In this document: positions 1 through 10,529 of the stretch, piece after piece
Layout of the letters: each line of letters starts with the position of its first letter
Numbering within the stretch: the first letter of the stretch is position 1
From: Anaeromyxobacteraceae bacterium
Lineage (GTDB): Bacteria > Myxococcota > Myxococcia > Myxococcales > Anaeromyxobacteraceae
Direction of reading: 5' to 3'
Length of the DNA stretch: 64,000 nucleotides
Assembly: GCA_047602405.1 (NCBI GenBank)
Contig: JASGHJ010000001.1
Coordinates: 384,001-448,000, forward strand
Made by a program: the position numbers and the translations under genes
The notes under the pieces: generated by a model
Seen by the model: only the letters and a program-made list of their open reading frames with translations
The model's database searches: none
What the model was told of the DNA's origin: nothing

Positions 1-1
1 G

Positions 2-232
2 CTCACCCCCGCCGCCCGCGAGGCGGTCGCGGACGCGGGCTACGACCCGGTCTACGGCGCCCGGCCGCTGAAGCGCGCCATCCAGCGGATGCTGCAGGAC
101 CCGCTCGCGACGAAGCTGCTCCGGGGCGAGTTCAAGCCCGGCGACCACGTCCTCGTGGACGAGGGGGCCGACGGGAACATCGGGTTCGCGAAGGGCCGGC
201 GGGCGGTGGAGGGCGACGTCGTCGTTCACTGA
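2..232 (+). CDS. clpB: ATP-dependent chaperone ClpB, C-terminal fragment (5' end outside window)
   Basis: Own translation of frame 2: LTPAAREAVADAGYDPVYGARPLKRAIQRMLQDPLA...; GYDPVYGARPLKRAIQ is the ClpB/ClpA D2-small motif; TGA at 230-232. Confidence 0.85.
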   Translation, partial: LTPAAREAVADAGYDPVYGARPLKRAIQRMLQDPLATKLLRGEFKPGDHVLVDEGADGNIGFAKGRRAVEGDVVVH

Positions 233-2400
233 CCCGCGGCCACGAGCGACCGCGCCAGGAGCTCCCGCACGCGGTCGACGAGGACCTCCGGGGTGAACGG
301 CTTCGTGAGCAGCTCGACGCCCTCCCCCAGCTCGCCACGCTGGGTGAGGGCGTCGCGGGTGTAGCCCGACAGGTAGAGGACGCGCAGCGCCGGGTGGCGG
401 GCGCGCAGGGCGGCGGCGAGGTGCGGGCCGTCGATCCCCGGCATGACCACGTCGGTGACGACGAGGGCCACCTCCGCGACGTCGACCGGGGGGAGGGCCA
501 GCGCCTCCTCGCCGGAGCCGGCCACCAGGACCCGGAACCCGGCGGCGCGCAGCGCGCGCTCCAGCACCCGCCGGACCGAGGCGTCGTCCTCGACGAGCAG
601 GAGCGAGCGGCCCGCGCCGTCCGCCGTGGGGAGCATCCGGGCCGGAGCGGGTGGCGTCACCGGGCCCCGGGCGCGCGGTAGCCACAGGTCGAAGCGGGTG
701 CCCTGCCCGGGCGCGCTCTCGACCGTCACGTGCGCGCCGTTCTGGCGGAGGATCCCGTAGACCGTGGCGAGGCCGAGCCCGGTCCCGGCGCCGGCGGGCT
801 TCGTCGTGAAGAACGGCTCGAACAGGTGCGCGCGGACCTCCGGGGTCATCCCCTCCCCGGAGTCGGTCACCGTGAGCCGCACCCATTGCCCGCCCTCCGC
901 GCCCTCCGGTGCCACCTCCGCGTTCGCGGCCGCGATGCGGAGGACGCCGCCGGCGGGCATCGCGTCGCGGGCGTTGGCCGCGAGGTTCATGAGCACCTGC
1001 TCGAGCTGGCCCGGATCGAGGCGTACCGGCCAGAGCCCGGCCGCCATCTCGAGCTCGACCCGGACGTCCTCGCCCACGAGGCGCCGCAGGAGCCGCTCGA
1101 TGGAGGCCATGGCCTGGCCGAGGTCCAGGACGACCGGGGCGATGATCTGCTTGCGCGCGAACGCCAGGAGGCGCCGCGTGAGATCGCCGGCGCGGCGGGC
1201 GGCCCCGAGGATCTCGTCGAGCTCCTCCTGCTGCCCCGTCGCGGCCGGCGGCGGCCCGTCTCGCAGGCTCCTCGCGCAGGCCTGGATGACGGTGAGGACG
1301 TTGTTGAAGTCGTGTGCGACGCCGCCCGCGAGGCGGCCGATGCTCTCGAGCCGCTGGGACTGGTGGAGCTGCTCCTCGAGCGTCCGCTGCTCGGTGATGT
1401 CGAGGAGCACGGCCACGCTGTCGGTCGGCGCCGCGCCCTCGCGCCAGAGCGCGGACACGGTCACGGTCCCCCACACCACCCGGCCGTCGGGGCGGAGGTA
1501 GCGCTTCGTGCGCGTGAAGGAGCGCGTCGCCCCCGCGCGCAGCGCCGCCGCGGCCTCGACGTCGCCGGCGAGGTCGTCGGGGTGGGTGAGCTCCTGCCAG
1601 CGCACGCCGAGGAGCTCCTCCGGGGACCGCCCGAGCACCTCCGCGAAGCGCGGGTTCACCCGCACGAACCGGCCCGTCGCGCCGTCGGTCTGGGCGACGC
1701 CGACCGCGGTCTGCTGGAAGAAGGTCCGGAAGACCGCCTCGCTCTCGGCGAGCTTCCGCTCGGCCGCCTTGCGCTCGGTGATGTCGCGCGCGCTGCCCAC
1801 GATCCCGACGATCTCGCCGTGCGCGTCCCTCACCGGCGCCTTCGTCGAGAGGAAGACCCGGGGCCCCTCCGGCGTGGCGATGATCTCCTCGACGGCCTCG
1901 GCGCGCCCGGTGGCCATGATGCGCCGGTCGGTGGCCATGAGCGCCTCGCCGATCGCCGGGTCGTCGTAGATCTCGACGTCGGTGCGCCCGAGGACCCGCG
2001 CCTCCGTCCGCCCGATCACCCGCAGCGTCGCCGGGTTCGCGAACTGCCAGCGGCCGTCCCGCGCCTTCAGGAACACGGGGTCGGCCACCGCGTCGGTGAC
2101 CGCGCGCAGGAGCGCCTCGCTCTCCTCGAGCCGCTCGCGCGCCTTGCGCTCCCGCCGCTGCACCCAGCGCATGCCGACGTGGAGGAGCACGGCGGTGAGC
2201 GCGACGAACGCGTAGCCCTTCCACATCGACCAGCGCGCGGCCTGCTCGACGGTGCTCGCGAGGAGCCCGACGGCCCGGTCGGAGAACGTGATCCAGAGCC
2301 CCGCGAGGACGACGTAGGCCGCCGGCAGCGTGAGCGTGGGACGCCTGCGGAGCGCGGCGAAGAGCCGCCATGGCTGCCTGGGATCGACCGGAGTGGACAT
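226..2400 (-). CDS. Hybrid sensor histidine kinase (2 TM, 2 PAS, HisKA, HATPase, receiver)
   Basis: H-box GRLAGGVAHDFNN, FEPFFTTK, GTGLGL, receiver LLVEDD...TDVVMP...KPF; start taken at MSTPVD. Confidence 0.9.
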   Translation of the reverse strand: MSTPVDPRQPWRLFAALRRRPTLTLPAAYVVLAGLWITFSDRAVGLLASTVEQAARWSMWKGYAFVALTAVLLHVGMRWVQRRERKARERLEESEALLRAVTDAVADPVFLKARDGRWQFANPATLRVIGRTEARVLGRTDVEIYDDPAIGEALMATDRRIMATGRAEAVEEIIATPEGPRVFLSTKAPVRDAHGEIVGIVGSARDITERKAAERKLAESEAVFRTFFQQTAVGVAQTDGATGRFVRVNPRFAEVLGRSPEELLGVRWQELTHPDDLAGDVEAAAALRAGATRSFTRTKRYLRPDGRVVWGTVTVSALWREGAAPTDSVAVLLDITEQRTLEEQLHQSQRLESIGRLAGGVAHDFNNVLTVIQACARSLRDGPPPAATGQQEELDEILGAARRAGDLTRRLLAFARKQIIAPVVLDLGQAMASIERLLRRLVGEDVRVELEMAAGLWPVRLDPGQLEQVLMNLAANARDAMPAGGVLRIAAANAEVAPEGAEGGQWVRLTVTDSGEGMTPEVRAHLFEPFFTTKPAGAGTGLGLATVYGILRQNGAHVTVESAPGQGTRFDLWLPRARGPVTPPAPARMLPTADGAGRSLLLVEDDASVRRVLERALRAAGFRVLVAGSGEEALALPPVDVAEVALVVTDVVMPGIDGPHLAAALRARHPALRVLYLSGYTRDALTQRGELGEGVELLTKPFTPEVLVDRVRELLARSLVAAGQ

Positions 2401-2491
2401 CGAGGCGCGGGCCCCCGCGTGGACGATTCTCACGGCAGACGGCGCCCGCGGCAATGGTGGCGGCTGACGCGATGCGTCCAGCGCCGCGCCC

Positions 2492-3349
2492 TCACGCCCG
2501 CGGCGTCGGGTACGCGAGCAGGTCGACGTGCAGGAGCGGATCGTCCTTCGCGATGCGCGCCCAGCGCGCGAGCACGTCGTCGACGTCGGCGGCGAACTCG
2601 AGCGGCCCCTCGAACCGGATCACCGCGAAGCGGTAGCCGTCCGCGGCGAGCTGGTCGAGGTAGGTCCGGGGCGGCTCGTCGTTGTTCCGCTCGAGCGCCC
2701 ACGGGTGGAACTCGGTGAGGATGAGCGGGCGGTGCCGGCGGACGAGCCCCCGCATCCCGCGGAAGACCATCGGCTCGTGCGCCTCGACGTCCACCTTCAC
2801 CACGTCGATGCGCGGCTCGTCGCGCAGCACCTCGTCGAGCACCACCGCGTCGACCTCGTAGCAGTAGGTGGGGCGGCCGTCCGTCGAGGGCGCCGCGGCG
2901 GCCCGCTCGTTCACGACGCCGCCGTTCGTGCCGACCGTCACGAACTTCAGCCGTCCGGCGCGATCCGAGGCCGCGCACGGGTGGAGCGTCACGTTCCGGA
3001 ACCCGTTCACCGCCACGCTGGCGCGGACGAGCGCCTGGTTCTGCGGGTTCGGCTCGACCGCGATGACCTTGCCCGCGGGGCCGACCCGCCGCGCGCCGAG
3101 CAGGGTGAACACCCCGTGGTTCGCGCCCACGTCGAGCACCGTCGCGCCGGGGCGGACGATCGCCCGGAACACCGCGGTGACGTGGTGCTCGTAGCTGCGG
3201 GCGGCGATGATGGACCTGCCGATGTAGTCGTCGGGCAGGGCGTAGACGAGGACGTCCTCGAGCTCGACGAGCTGCTTCGTGTCGAGGTCGAAGACCCTGC
3301 CCCACATCTCCTCCGGGACGACCGGCGGCGACGCCACGTCTGCGCTCAT
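2492..3349 (-). CDS. FkbM family SAM-dependent methyltransferase
   Basis: VLDVGANHG, AVEPNP, IDVVKVDVEAHE motifs; GGGGAGGG upstream of MSADV. Confidence 0.85.
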   Translation of the reverse strand: MSADVASPPVVPEEMWGRVFDLDTKQLVELEDVLVYALPDDYIGRSIIAARSYEHHVTAVFRAIVRPGATVLDVGANHGVFTLLGARRVGPAGKVIAVEPNPQNQALVRASVAVNGFRNVTLHPCAASDRAGRLKFVTVGTNGGVVNERAAAAPSTDGRPTYCYEVDAVVLDEVLRDEPRIDVVKVDVEAHEPMVFRGMRGLVRRHRPLILTEFHPWALERNNDEPPRTYLDQLAADGYRFAVIRFEGPLEFAADVDDVLARWARIAKDDPLLHVDLLAYPTPRA

Positions 3350-3460
3350 GGGCAATCCCTCCCCGGCGTCAGCGAACCGTCGCTGCGCGACCGGCGAGGA
3401 CCCGTGGTGCACGCGGCCTGCCAGGGCGGGCGTCACGGGGCTGGCGGCGGCGGCCGCTCG

Positions 3461-3736
3461 CTACCCCGCCGTCACCAGCGCCTCCAGGTCCTCCGGCCGG
3501 AGCTCCTGCCGGCGGGCGAGCTCGGGGGCGCGCTCGAGCACGTCGAGCGCGCGGTCGAGGATCCGCGCGGCGTTCGCGCCGTCGCCGTGGAGGATGGACA
3601 CGTGCGCGGCGGCGAGCGCGCGCGCCCAGACCCCGTTGCACAGAGGGTGAAGCCCCTGGGGCCCGAACTCGGCCTCGATGGCCTTCAGGTGACGCGCCGC
3701 GACGGCGCGCTGCTCGTCGATGCGGGACCAGACCAC
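3461..3736 (-). CDS. Hypothetical protein (91 aa)
   Basis: ORF with normal amino-acid composition filling the gap between co-oriented genes; start uncertain. Confidence 0.5.
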   Translation of the reverse strand: MVWSRIDEQRAVAARHLKAIEAEFGPQGLHPLCNGVWARALAAAHVSILHGDGANAARILDRALDVLERAPELARRQELRPEDLEALVTAG

Positions 3737-3780
3737 CCCGCTTCACTAGCCCGGCCTACCGGTCCGGGCCACCCGGGGCC

Positions 3781-4455
3781 TCACGACGCCCGGGCCGGGT
3801 TTTCCCCGAGTCCCGGGGCGTTCACCGTAGGTACTTGGTCCATCGATCGATCGTGCCCGCGTCCCCCGATCGGGAGGGCGATCGCCGCGCCGACGAGCGC
3901 GAGGAGCATGTCCCACTGCGCGTCCCAGGGGTCGCCCTGCGAGCCGAGGAACGCCGCGCCCTTCTCCGGTGAGACGCCGAGGGTCGTCCACCACTCGAGG
4001 AGCTCCCAGAAGGCGCCGATCGCGAGGATCACCGCGAGGAGGAGGAACACGAGCCAGCCGTCGCGGCGGAGCGGCGTCCTGCGCAGGAGGACCTCGCGCG
4101 CGAGGAAGACCGGGAACACGCCCAGCGCGAGGTGGCCGACGCGGTCGTAGGGGTTCCGCGCGAGGCCGAAGGTGTCGCGCGCCCAGTTGCCGAGCGGCGT
4201 CTCGGCGTAGGTGTAGATGCCGCCGTAGTTCAGCACGAGGACGTGCAGGAACATCCCCACGCACACCCAGTGCGAGAGCGGCATGCGCCGCCACGAGAGC
4301 GCGAACGCCCCGATCATCAGGAGCCCCGGCACGACCTCGAGCGCCCAGGAGAACACGCCGGCGGGCGCGAGCGCCGCCGAGACCGTCAGGATCGCGAGCA
4401 GCGCGCCGAGGAGCGCGAGGGGCAGCCGGGTGTGGCGGGCGAGGGCCGGGTCCAT
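3781..4455 (-). CDS. DUF2238 / YjdF-like inner membrane protein
   Basis: Hydrophobic; GGIYTYAETPLG, RNPYDRVGH, FLGSQGDPWDAQWDM motifs; start at 4455 or 4467. Confidence 0.85.
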   Translation of the reverse strand: MDPALARHTRLPLALLGALLAILTVSAALAPAGVFSWALEVVPGLLMIGAFALSWRRMPLSHWVCVGMFLHVLVLNYGGIYTYAETPLGNWARDTFGLARNPYDRVGHLALGVFPVFLAREVLLRRTPLRRDGWLVFLLLAVILAIGAFWELLEWWTTLGVSPEKGAAFLGSQGDPWDAQWDMLLALVGAAIALPIGGRGHDRSMDQVPTVNAPGLGENPARAS

Positions 4456-4475
4456 GCCGGTGAGCATGGCACGGA

Positions 4476-4529
4476 CCGGGCGCCCCTTCGACCTCGCCGC
4501 TCCGCGTGAGCGGAGTCGAAGGTGCCCGG
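4476..4529. repeat. REP-like imperfect palindrome
   Basis: CCGGGCGCC-CCTTCGAC...GTCGAAGG-TGCCCGG arms in the intergenic gap downstream of the RND gene. Confidence 0.5.
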
Positions 4530-4575
4530 CGCGGCCGAGGCTCGCCGACGCTCCCACCGATGGGTGGGCGGGGGT

Positions 4576-7500
4576 CTACGCCGCCGCGCGCTCGATCTGC
4601 TTCGCGCCGCGGTCCTTCGCGATCAGCATGTAGATCGCCGGCACGAAGAACAGGGTGAATGCCGTGCCCATCGCCATGCCCGCGACCAGCACGAGCCCGA
4701 TGCTGTTGCGCGCGTGCGCGCCCGGCCCGCTCACGAGCGTGAGCGGGAAGTGCCCGCAGATGGTCGCCACGCTCGTCATCAGGATCGGGCGGAGGCGGGT
4801 GACCGCGGCCTGCTGCACCGCCTCGAGCTTCGCGAGCCCGTCCTCCTGGAGCTTGTTCGCGAACTCCACGATCAGGATGCCGTTCTTCGCGACGAGGCCG
4901 ACGAGGGTGACGAGCCCCACCTGCGAGTAGACGTTGAGCGTGGTCGTCCACCCGTCGGTGAAGAACGGCATGTTGGGGTTCGGCATCTTGAGGAAGGTGA
5001 GGACGAGCGCCCCGAACATGCCGAGCGGCACCGAGCCCGCGAGGATCACGAACGGGTCCCGGAAGCTGTTGAACTGCGCGGCGAGCACCAGGAAGATCAG
5101 GATGACCGCGAGCAGGAAGGCCGGCAGGAAGCGGTCGCCCTCGGTGCGCAGCTGGCGGGACTCGCCGGTGTAGTCGACGACGTAGCCGCGGGGGAGGATC
5201 TTCGCGCCCTCGTCCTCCAGGAAGCGGAGGGCCTGGTCGAGCGGCGCGATGGCCACGCCGGAGAGCTTGACCGCGTTGAGCTGCTGGAAGCGCGAGAGCG
5301 AGCGCGGGGTCACCGAGTCCCTGAGCTTCGCGATCGAGCCGAGCGCCACGAGCTGGCCGCCGGGGCCGGTGACGTGGATGTCCTTGAGCTGCTCCGGGTT
5401 GAGCCGCTCGGAGCGCACCACCTGCGGGATGACCTTGTAGCTGCGCCCCGCGACGCTGAAGCGGTTCACGAAGTTGCCGCCGACGGCCGCGGCGAGGTCC
5501 TGGCCCACGGTCGCGAGGTTGAGCCCGAGCTCGGCCACCTTCTCGCGGTCGATCTCGATCTCGGTCTGCGGCTGGTCGAGCTTGACGTCGATGAGCGGCG
5601 GGAAGGCGAAGAGCTTGCTCTCGATGGCCTTCGCCTGGAGCCGCTGGACGAACCCGAGGATCTCCTCGGTGTCGGCGGTGGAGGCGATGACCACCTCCAC
5701 CGGGAACGTGCCGCCGCCCGGCAGCGCCGGCGGCATGATCCCGAAGCTCTGCACCGCCGGCACGGTGGAGACCTTCGCCTGCACCTCCGGCGCGATCTGG
5801 AAGGCGGTCCGCTTGCGCTCCTCCCAGGGCTTGAAGCCCACGCCCCAGAAGCCGTTCGTCGGGAAGGTCACCTGGAAGGTGAACTCGGTCTCCGGGATGG
5901 TGAAGAGGCGCCGGTTGATCTCCTGGGTGGAGGGCACCACCTGGTCGATCGTCGAGTTGGCGGGCGTGTTCACCACCCCGAACATGAAGCCCTGGTCCTC
6001 GGTGGGCGCGAGCTCCTTCGGCGACTGCGTGAACATCGCCACCGCGAGGAGGCTGATCACGGCCCAGGCCACGTAGATGGGCTTGCGGGTCCCGAGGACC
6101 ACGCCGAGGTGGCGCGCGTAGATGGCCTTCAGCCGGTCGAAGCCGCGGTTGATGGCGCCCTCGAGGCCCCGGTCGGTGTGGCCGGCGCGCAGGAGCCGGG
6201 CCGACATGACCGGCGAGAGCGTGAGCGCCACGACGCCCGAGAGCAGCACCGCGCCGGCGAGGGTGAGCGCGAACTCCCGGAACAGCGAGCCGGTCAGGCC
6301 GCCCTGGAAGGCGATGGGCGTGTAGACCGCCGCGAGCGTGATGGTCATCGAGATGATGGGCCCGACGAGCTCGCGGGCGCCCATGAGCGCGGCGTCCACC
6401 GGCGTGCGCCCCTCGCGCAGGTGCCGCTCGACGTTCTCGACGACGACGATCGCGTCGTCCACCACGAGCCCCACCGAGAGCACGATGGCGAGCAGGGTGA
6501 GCAGGTTCACGGTGAACCCGAACGCCTGCATGAGGAAGACGGCGCCGATGAGCGAGACCGGGATCGCCACGACCGGCACGAGCACGGCCCGGAACGACCC
6601 GAGGAACAGGAAGATCACCAGCACGACGATGACCAGGGTCTCGGCGAGCGTCTGCTCCACCTCGGAGACCGCGTTCGAGATGTACTTCGTGCCGTCGAAG
6701 GCCACCCGGCCCTGGAGCTGCTCGGGGAGCTCCTTCTGCAGCGCCGCCATCTCCTCCGTCGCCTTCTTGATGACGTCGAGGGAGTTCGCGTTCGGCAGCG
6801 CCCACATGCCGATGAACACCGCGGTCTCGCCGCTCGCGTTCACGACCACGTCCTCGTCCTCGGCGCCGAGCACCACGTCCGCCACGTCGCCGAGCCGCAC
6901 CACCGCCCCGCCCTGCTCGCGCACCACGAGCTCGCGGAACTCCTTCACCGAGCGGAGGTCGGTGTTGGCGGCGAGGTTCACCTGGACGAGCTGCCCCTTC
7001 GTCTGCCCGACCGCGGCGAGGTAGTTGTTGGCGGCGAGCGCCTGGCGGACCTGCACCGGCGACACGCCCAGCGCCGACATCCGGTCCGGCTTGAGCCAGA
7101 TCCGCATCGCGAACGTGCGGCCGCCCAGGATGTCGGCGCGCTGCACGCCCTCGATGGCGGTGAGGCGCGGCTGCACCACACGGGTGAGGTAGTCGGTGAT
7201 CTCGTTCTGCTTCAGGAACTTGGAGGTGAAGGCGAGGTAGGCCGAGGCGAACTGGGAGTCGGCCGACTCGATGTTGAGGATCGGGATCTGGGCCTCGGGC
7301 GGGAGGTCCCCGCGGACCTGATCGACCTTCGAGCCGATCTCGGCGAGCGCCTTCTGCGCGTCGTGGTTGAGGCGCAGGCGGGCCTTGATGATCGAGAGGC
7401 CCTGCCGGCTCTCCGACTCGATGAAGTCGACGCCGTCGGCGGCGGCGATCACCCGCTCGAGCGGGGTGGTGATGAAGCCGCGCACGAGCTCGGCGTTGGC

Positions 7501-7659
7501 GCCGACGTAGACGGTGGTGACCGTGACCGAGGCGTTCTCGCTGCGCGGGTACTGCCGCACGTTCAGCGAGCGGACCGCCTGCAGGCCGGCGATGACGATG
7601 ACCAGGTTGACGACGACGGCCAGGACCGGCCGGCGGATGAAGAGATCGGTGAACCGCAC
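4576..7659 (-). CDS. RND efflux permease subunit (AcrB/MexW/MexI-like)
   Basis: 1027 aa; FIRRPVLA start, GLVVDDAIVVVENVER, KNGILIVEFAN, RLRPILMT. Confidence 0.95.
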   Translation of the reverse strand: MRFTDLFIRRPVLAVVVNLVIVIAGLQAVRSLNVRQYPRSENASVTVTTVYVGANAELVRGFITTPLERVIAAADGVDFIESESRQGLSIIKARLRLNHDAQKALAEIGSKVDQVRGDLPPEAQIPILNIESADSQFASAYLAFTSKFLKQNEITDYLTRVVQPRLTAIEGVQRADILGGRTFAMRIWLKPDRMSALGVSPVQVRQALAANNYLAAVGQTKGQLVQVNLAANTDLRSVKEFRELVVREQGGAVVRLGDVADVVLGAEDEDVVVNASGETAVFIGMWALPNANSLDVIKKATEEMAALQKELPEQLQGRVAFDGTKYISNAVSEVEQTLAETLVIVVLVIFLFLGSFRAVLVPVVAIPVSLIGAVFLMQAFGFTVNLLTLLAIVLSVGLVVDDAIVVVENVERHLREGRTPVDAALMGARELVGPIISMTITLAAVYTPIAFQGGLTGSLFREFALTLAGAVLLSGVVALTLSPVMSARLLRAGHTDRGLEGAINRGFDRLKAIYARHLGVVLGTRKPIYVAWAVISLLAVAMFTQSPKELAPTEDQGFMFGVVNTPANSTIDQVVPSTQEINRRLFTIPETEFTFQVTFPTNGFWGVGFKPWEERKRTAFQIAPEVQAKVSTVPAVQSFGIMPPALPGGGTFPVEVVIASTADTEEILGFVQRLQAKAIESKLFAFPPLIDVKLDQPQTEIEIDREKVAELGLNLATVGQDLAAAVGGNFVNRFSVAGRSYKVIPQVVRSERLNPEQLKDIHVTGPGGQLVALGSIAKLRDSVTPRSLSRFQQLNAVKLSGVAIAPLDQALRFLEDEGAKILPRGYVVDYTGESRQLRTEGDRFLPAFLLAVILIFLVLAAQFNSFRDPFVILAGSVPLGMFGALVLTFLKMPNPNMPFFTDGWTTTLNVYSQVGLVTLVGLVAKNGILIVEFANKLQEDGLAKLEAVQQAAVTRLRPILMTSVATICGHFPLTLVSGPGAHARNSIGLVLVAGMAMGTAFTLFFVPAIYMLIAKDRGAKQIERAAA

Positions 7660-7671
7660 GGTCGCGCCCCC

Positions 7672-8868
7672 CTACTTGTTCGCCGGACGGGGCGCGAGCT
7701 GGGCGGCGGGCGTGACGGACTCGCCCACCACCACCGCGGCGCCGTTGCGCAGCTTGAAGGCGCCGGTGGAGACGATCTCCTCGCCGGCCTTGAGCCCCTC
7801 GAGCACCGCGACGAAGTCGCCGCGCCGCTCGCCGAGGCGCACGAAGCGCTGGCGGGCCACGAGGGCGGGCTTCGGGGGGCCGGCGGCCTCCTTCCCTGGC
7901 GCGTCCTTCGCCGCGGGGGCCGTCGCGGGCGCGGCGTCGGCCGGGGGCTTCTCGAGCACGTAGACCGAGTCGCCGAACGGCGCGTAGAGCACGCTCGTCG
8001 CGGGCACCACCAGGACGTCGCGCGGCGAGCCGGAGAGCACCTCGACGTTCGCGAACATGCCCGGCCGCAGGCGCCCGTCCGCGTTCGCCACGGTGGCGCG
8101 CACCCGCACGTTGCGGGTGGCGGGGTCGACCTCGGGGTTGACGGTGGTGATGGCACCCTCCCAGGTCACGCCGGGGAAGACGTCGGAGTGGACGTGCACC
8201 CGCTGCCCCGCCGCGATCTCGGCGAGGGCCTGCTGCGGCAGCCAGAAGTCCGCGTGGATCGGGGTCACCGACTGGAGCGAGGCGATGGCCGCGCCGGCGG
8301 GGAGCACCTGGCCGAGCTCGACCTGGCGGATCGAGATGCGCCCGTCGAACGGGGCGCGGATGGTCTTCTTCGCGATGGTGGCCTCGAGCGCGGCCGCCTG
8401 CGCCGCCGCCGCCCGGGCCGACGCCTCGGCGGCGTCGAGGTCGGCGGGCGTGTTGGACCCGCCCGCGCGCAGCTCCCGGGCCCGCTTGAGGCTGAGCTCG
8501 GCGAGCGCGGCCTGCGCCCGGGCCGCCTCGAGCTGCGCGGCCTCGGCGGAGGTGTCGAGCCGGACGAGGGTCTGACCGCGGGTCACGGTCGAGCCCGACT
8601 CGAAGGTGATCTCGCGCACCAGCCCGGGCAGCTCCGCGCCGAGCGTCACCCCGCGCACCGCGACCAGGGTCGCCGTGGCGGTCCGCGCCGCCTGCCAGGG
8701 GGTGGTCTCCGCCTTCGCCGCGGTGACCGCCTCCGGCGGCGGGGCGAACGACTTGCCCGCCGCGATCATCTTGCCGATCTGGCCCGCCTTCGTGCCGACC
8801 AGGACGGCCACCACCACGAGGAGCCCGAGGATCACCCCGGCCCAGAGCCGCGCATTCGTCTTCGCCAT
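7672..8868 (-). CDS. RND efflux periplasmic adaptor (membrane fusion protein)
   Basis: N-terminal TM, IRAPFDG, LRPGMFA, GLKAGEEIV; directly upstream of the RND permease. Confidence 0.93.
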   Translation of the reverse strand: MAKTNARLWAGVILGLLVVVAVLVGTKAGQIGKMIAAGKSFAPPPEAVTAAKAETTPWQAARTATATLVAVRGVTLGAELPGLVREITFESGSTVTRGQTLVRLDTSAEAAQLEAARAQAALAELSLKRARELRAGGSNTPADLDAAEASARAAAAQAAALEATIAKKTIRAPFDGRISIRQVELGQVLPAGAAIASLQSVTPIHADFWLPQQALAEIAAGQRVHVHSDVFPGVTWEGAITTVNPEVDPATRNVRVRATVANADGRLRPGMFANVEVLSGSPRDVLVVPATSVLYAPFGDSVYVLEKPPADAAPATAPAAKDAPGKEAAGPPKPALVARQRFVRLGERRGDFVAVLEGLKAGEEIVSTGAFKLRNGAAVVVGESVTPAAQLAPRPANK

Positions 8869-9006
8869 GAGTGCGCGGTGGATTAGCGGGAACCGCGCGG
8901 CTTTCCCGTGAATCCGACCGGAGTGTCACCTCCGGGACGCCCGGACCATCCCCAGGGTCGGGGTGGCGGGCGTCTGGTCCCCCGGCGGTGGGAGTTCCCG
9001 CGGAGG

Positions 9007-9468
9007 TCAGGTCGTCCCGACGCCGCGGAGCCGCAGCGCGAGCCGGTAGAACTGGCACCCCAGGCAGAAGCCGGTCGCCGCGGAGAGCAGCGCCAGCCCG
9101 CCCACGACACCGCCCAGCACGGAGGCGAGCACGCCGAGCCCCGCGGCCCCGGAGAGCGCCGCCGCGCCGGTGAAGAGCACCCCGAGCTGGTTCGCGAAGC
9201 GCGGCGGCCGGGAGTCCTCGAGCTCGCCCTCGCCGACGAGCGGCTGGACGACGTCGAAGTAGAGCCGGCAGGGCAGGCAGAACCGCCGCCCGAAGCGCAG
9301 CGTCACGGCGAGCTGGACGGCGGGGACGGCGAAGAGCCACCAGAGCCCCGTCACCGCGCCCGCGATCGAGAAGGCGGCCACGAAGGTCTGGTTGAGCCGC
9401 GGCGCGCGCGCGTCGATGACGGCGAGGTCGCGGTAGGGATCGGCGGTGCGGGGCTGGAAGGTGGCCAT
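9007..9468 (-). CDS. DUF4395 family membrane protein
   Basis: C-terminal part of ORF 9007..10455: IDARAPRLNQ, EDSRPPRFANQLG, GFCLGCQFY; ATG at 9468. Confidence 0.8.
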   Translation of the reverse strand: MATFQPRTADPYRDLAVIDARAPRLNQTFVAAFSIAGAVTGLWWLFAVPAVQLAVTLRFGRRFCLPCRLYFDVVQPLVGEGELEDSRPPRFANQLGVLFTGAAALSGAAGLGVLASVLGGVVGGLALLSAATGFCLGCQFYRLALRLRGVGTT

Positions 9469-9482
9469 GGTCCGGGCGCCGC

Positions 9483-10451
<969 letters not shown>

Positions 10452-10529
10452 GCATCCGTTATAGCGGACGCCCTCCGCCCTGTCCAGCCAGGACGGACGA
10501 ACGTCCGATAAAGCGGCGGCCGGGCGGCG

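Noticed and set aside
8880..9005. Riboswitch upstream of the RND operon
   Set aside because: Short hairpins only; no family consensus I can recognise; an Rfam scan would settle it
3746..9340. Very long alternative-frame and antisense ORFs (also 17681..22033, 58232..62446, 58479..62456)
   Set aside because: Stop-codon scarcity in GC-rich DNA; no motifs; they overlap clearly identified genes
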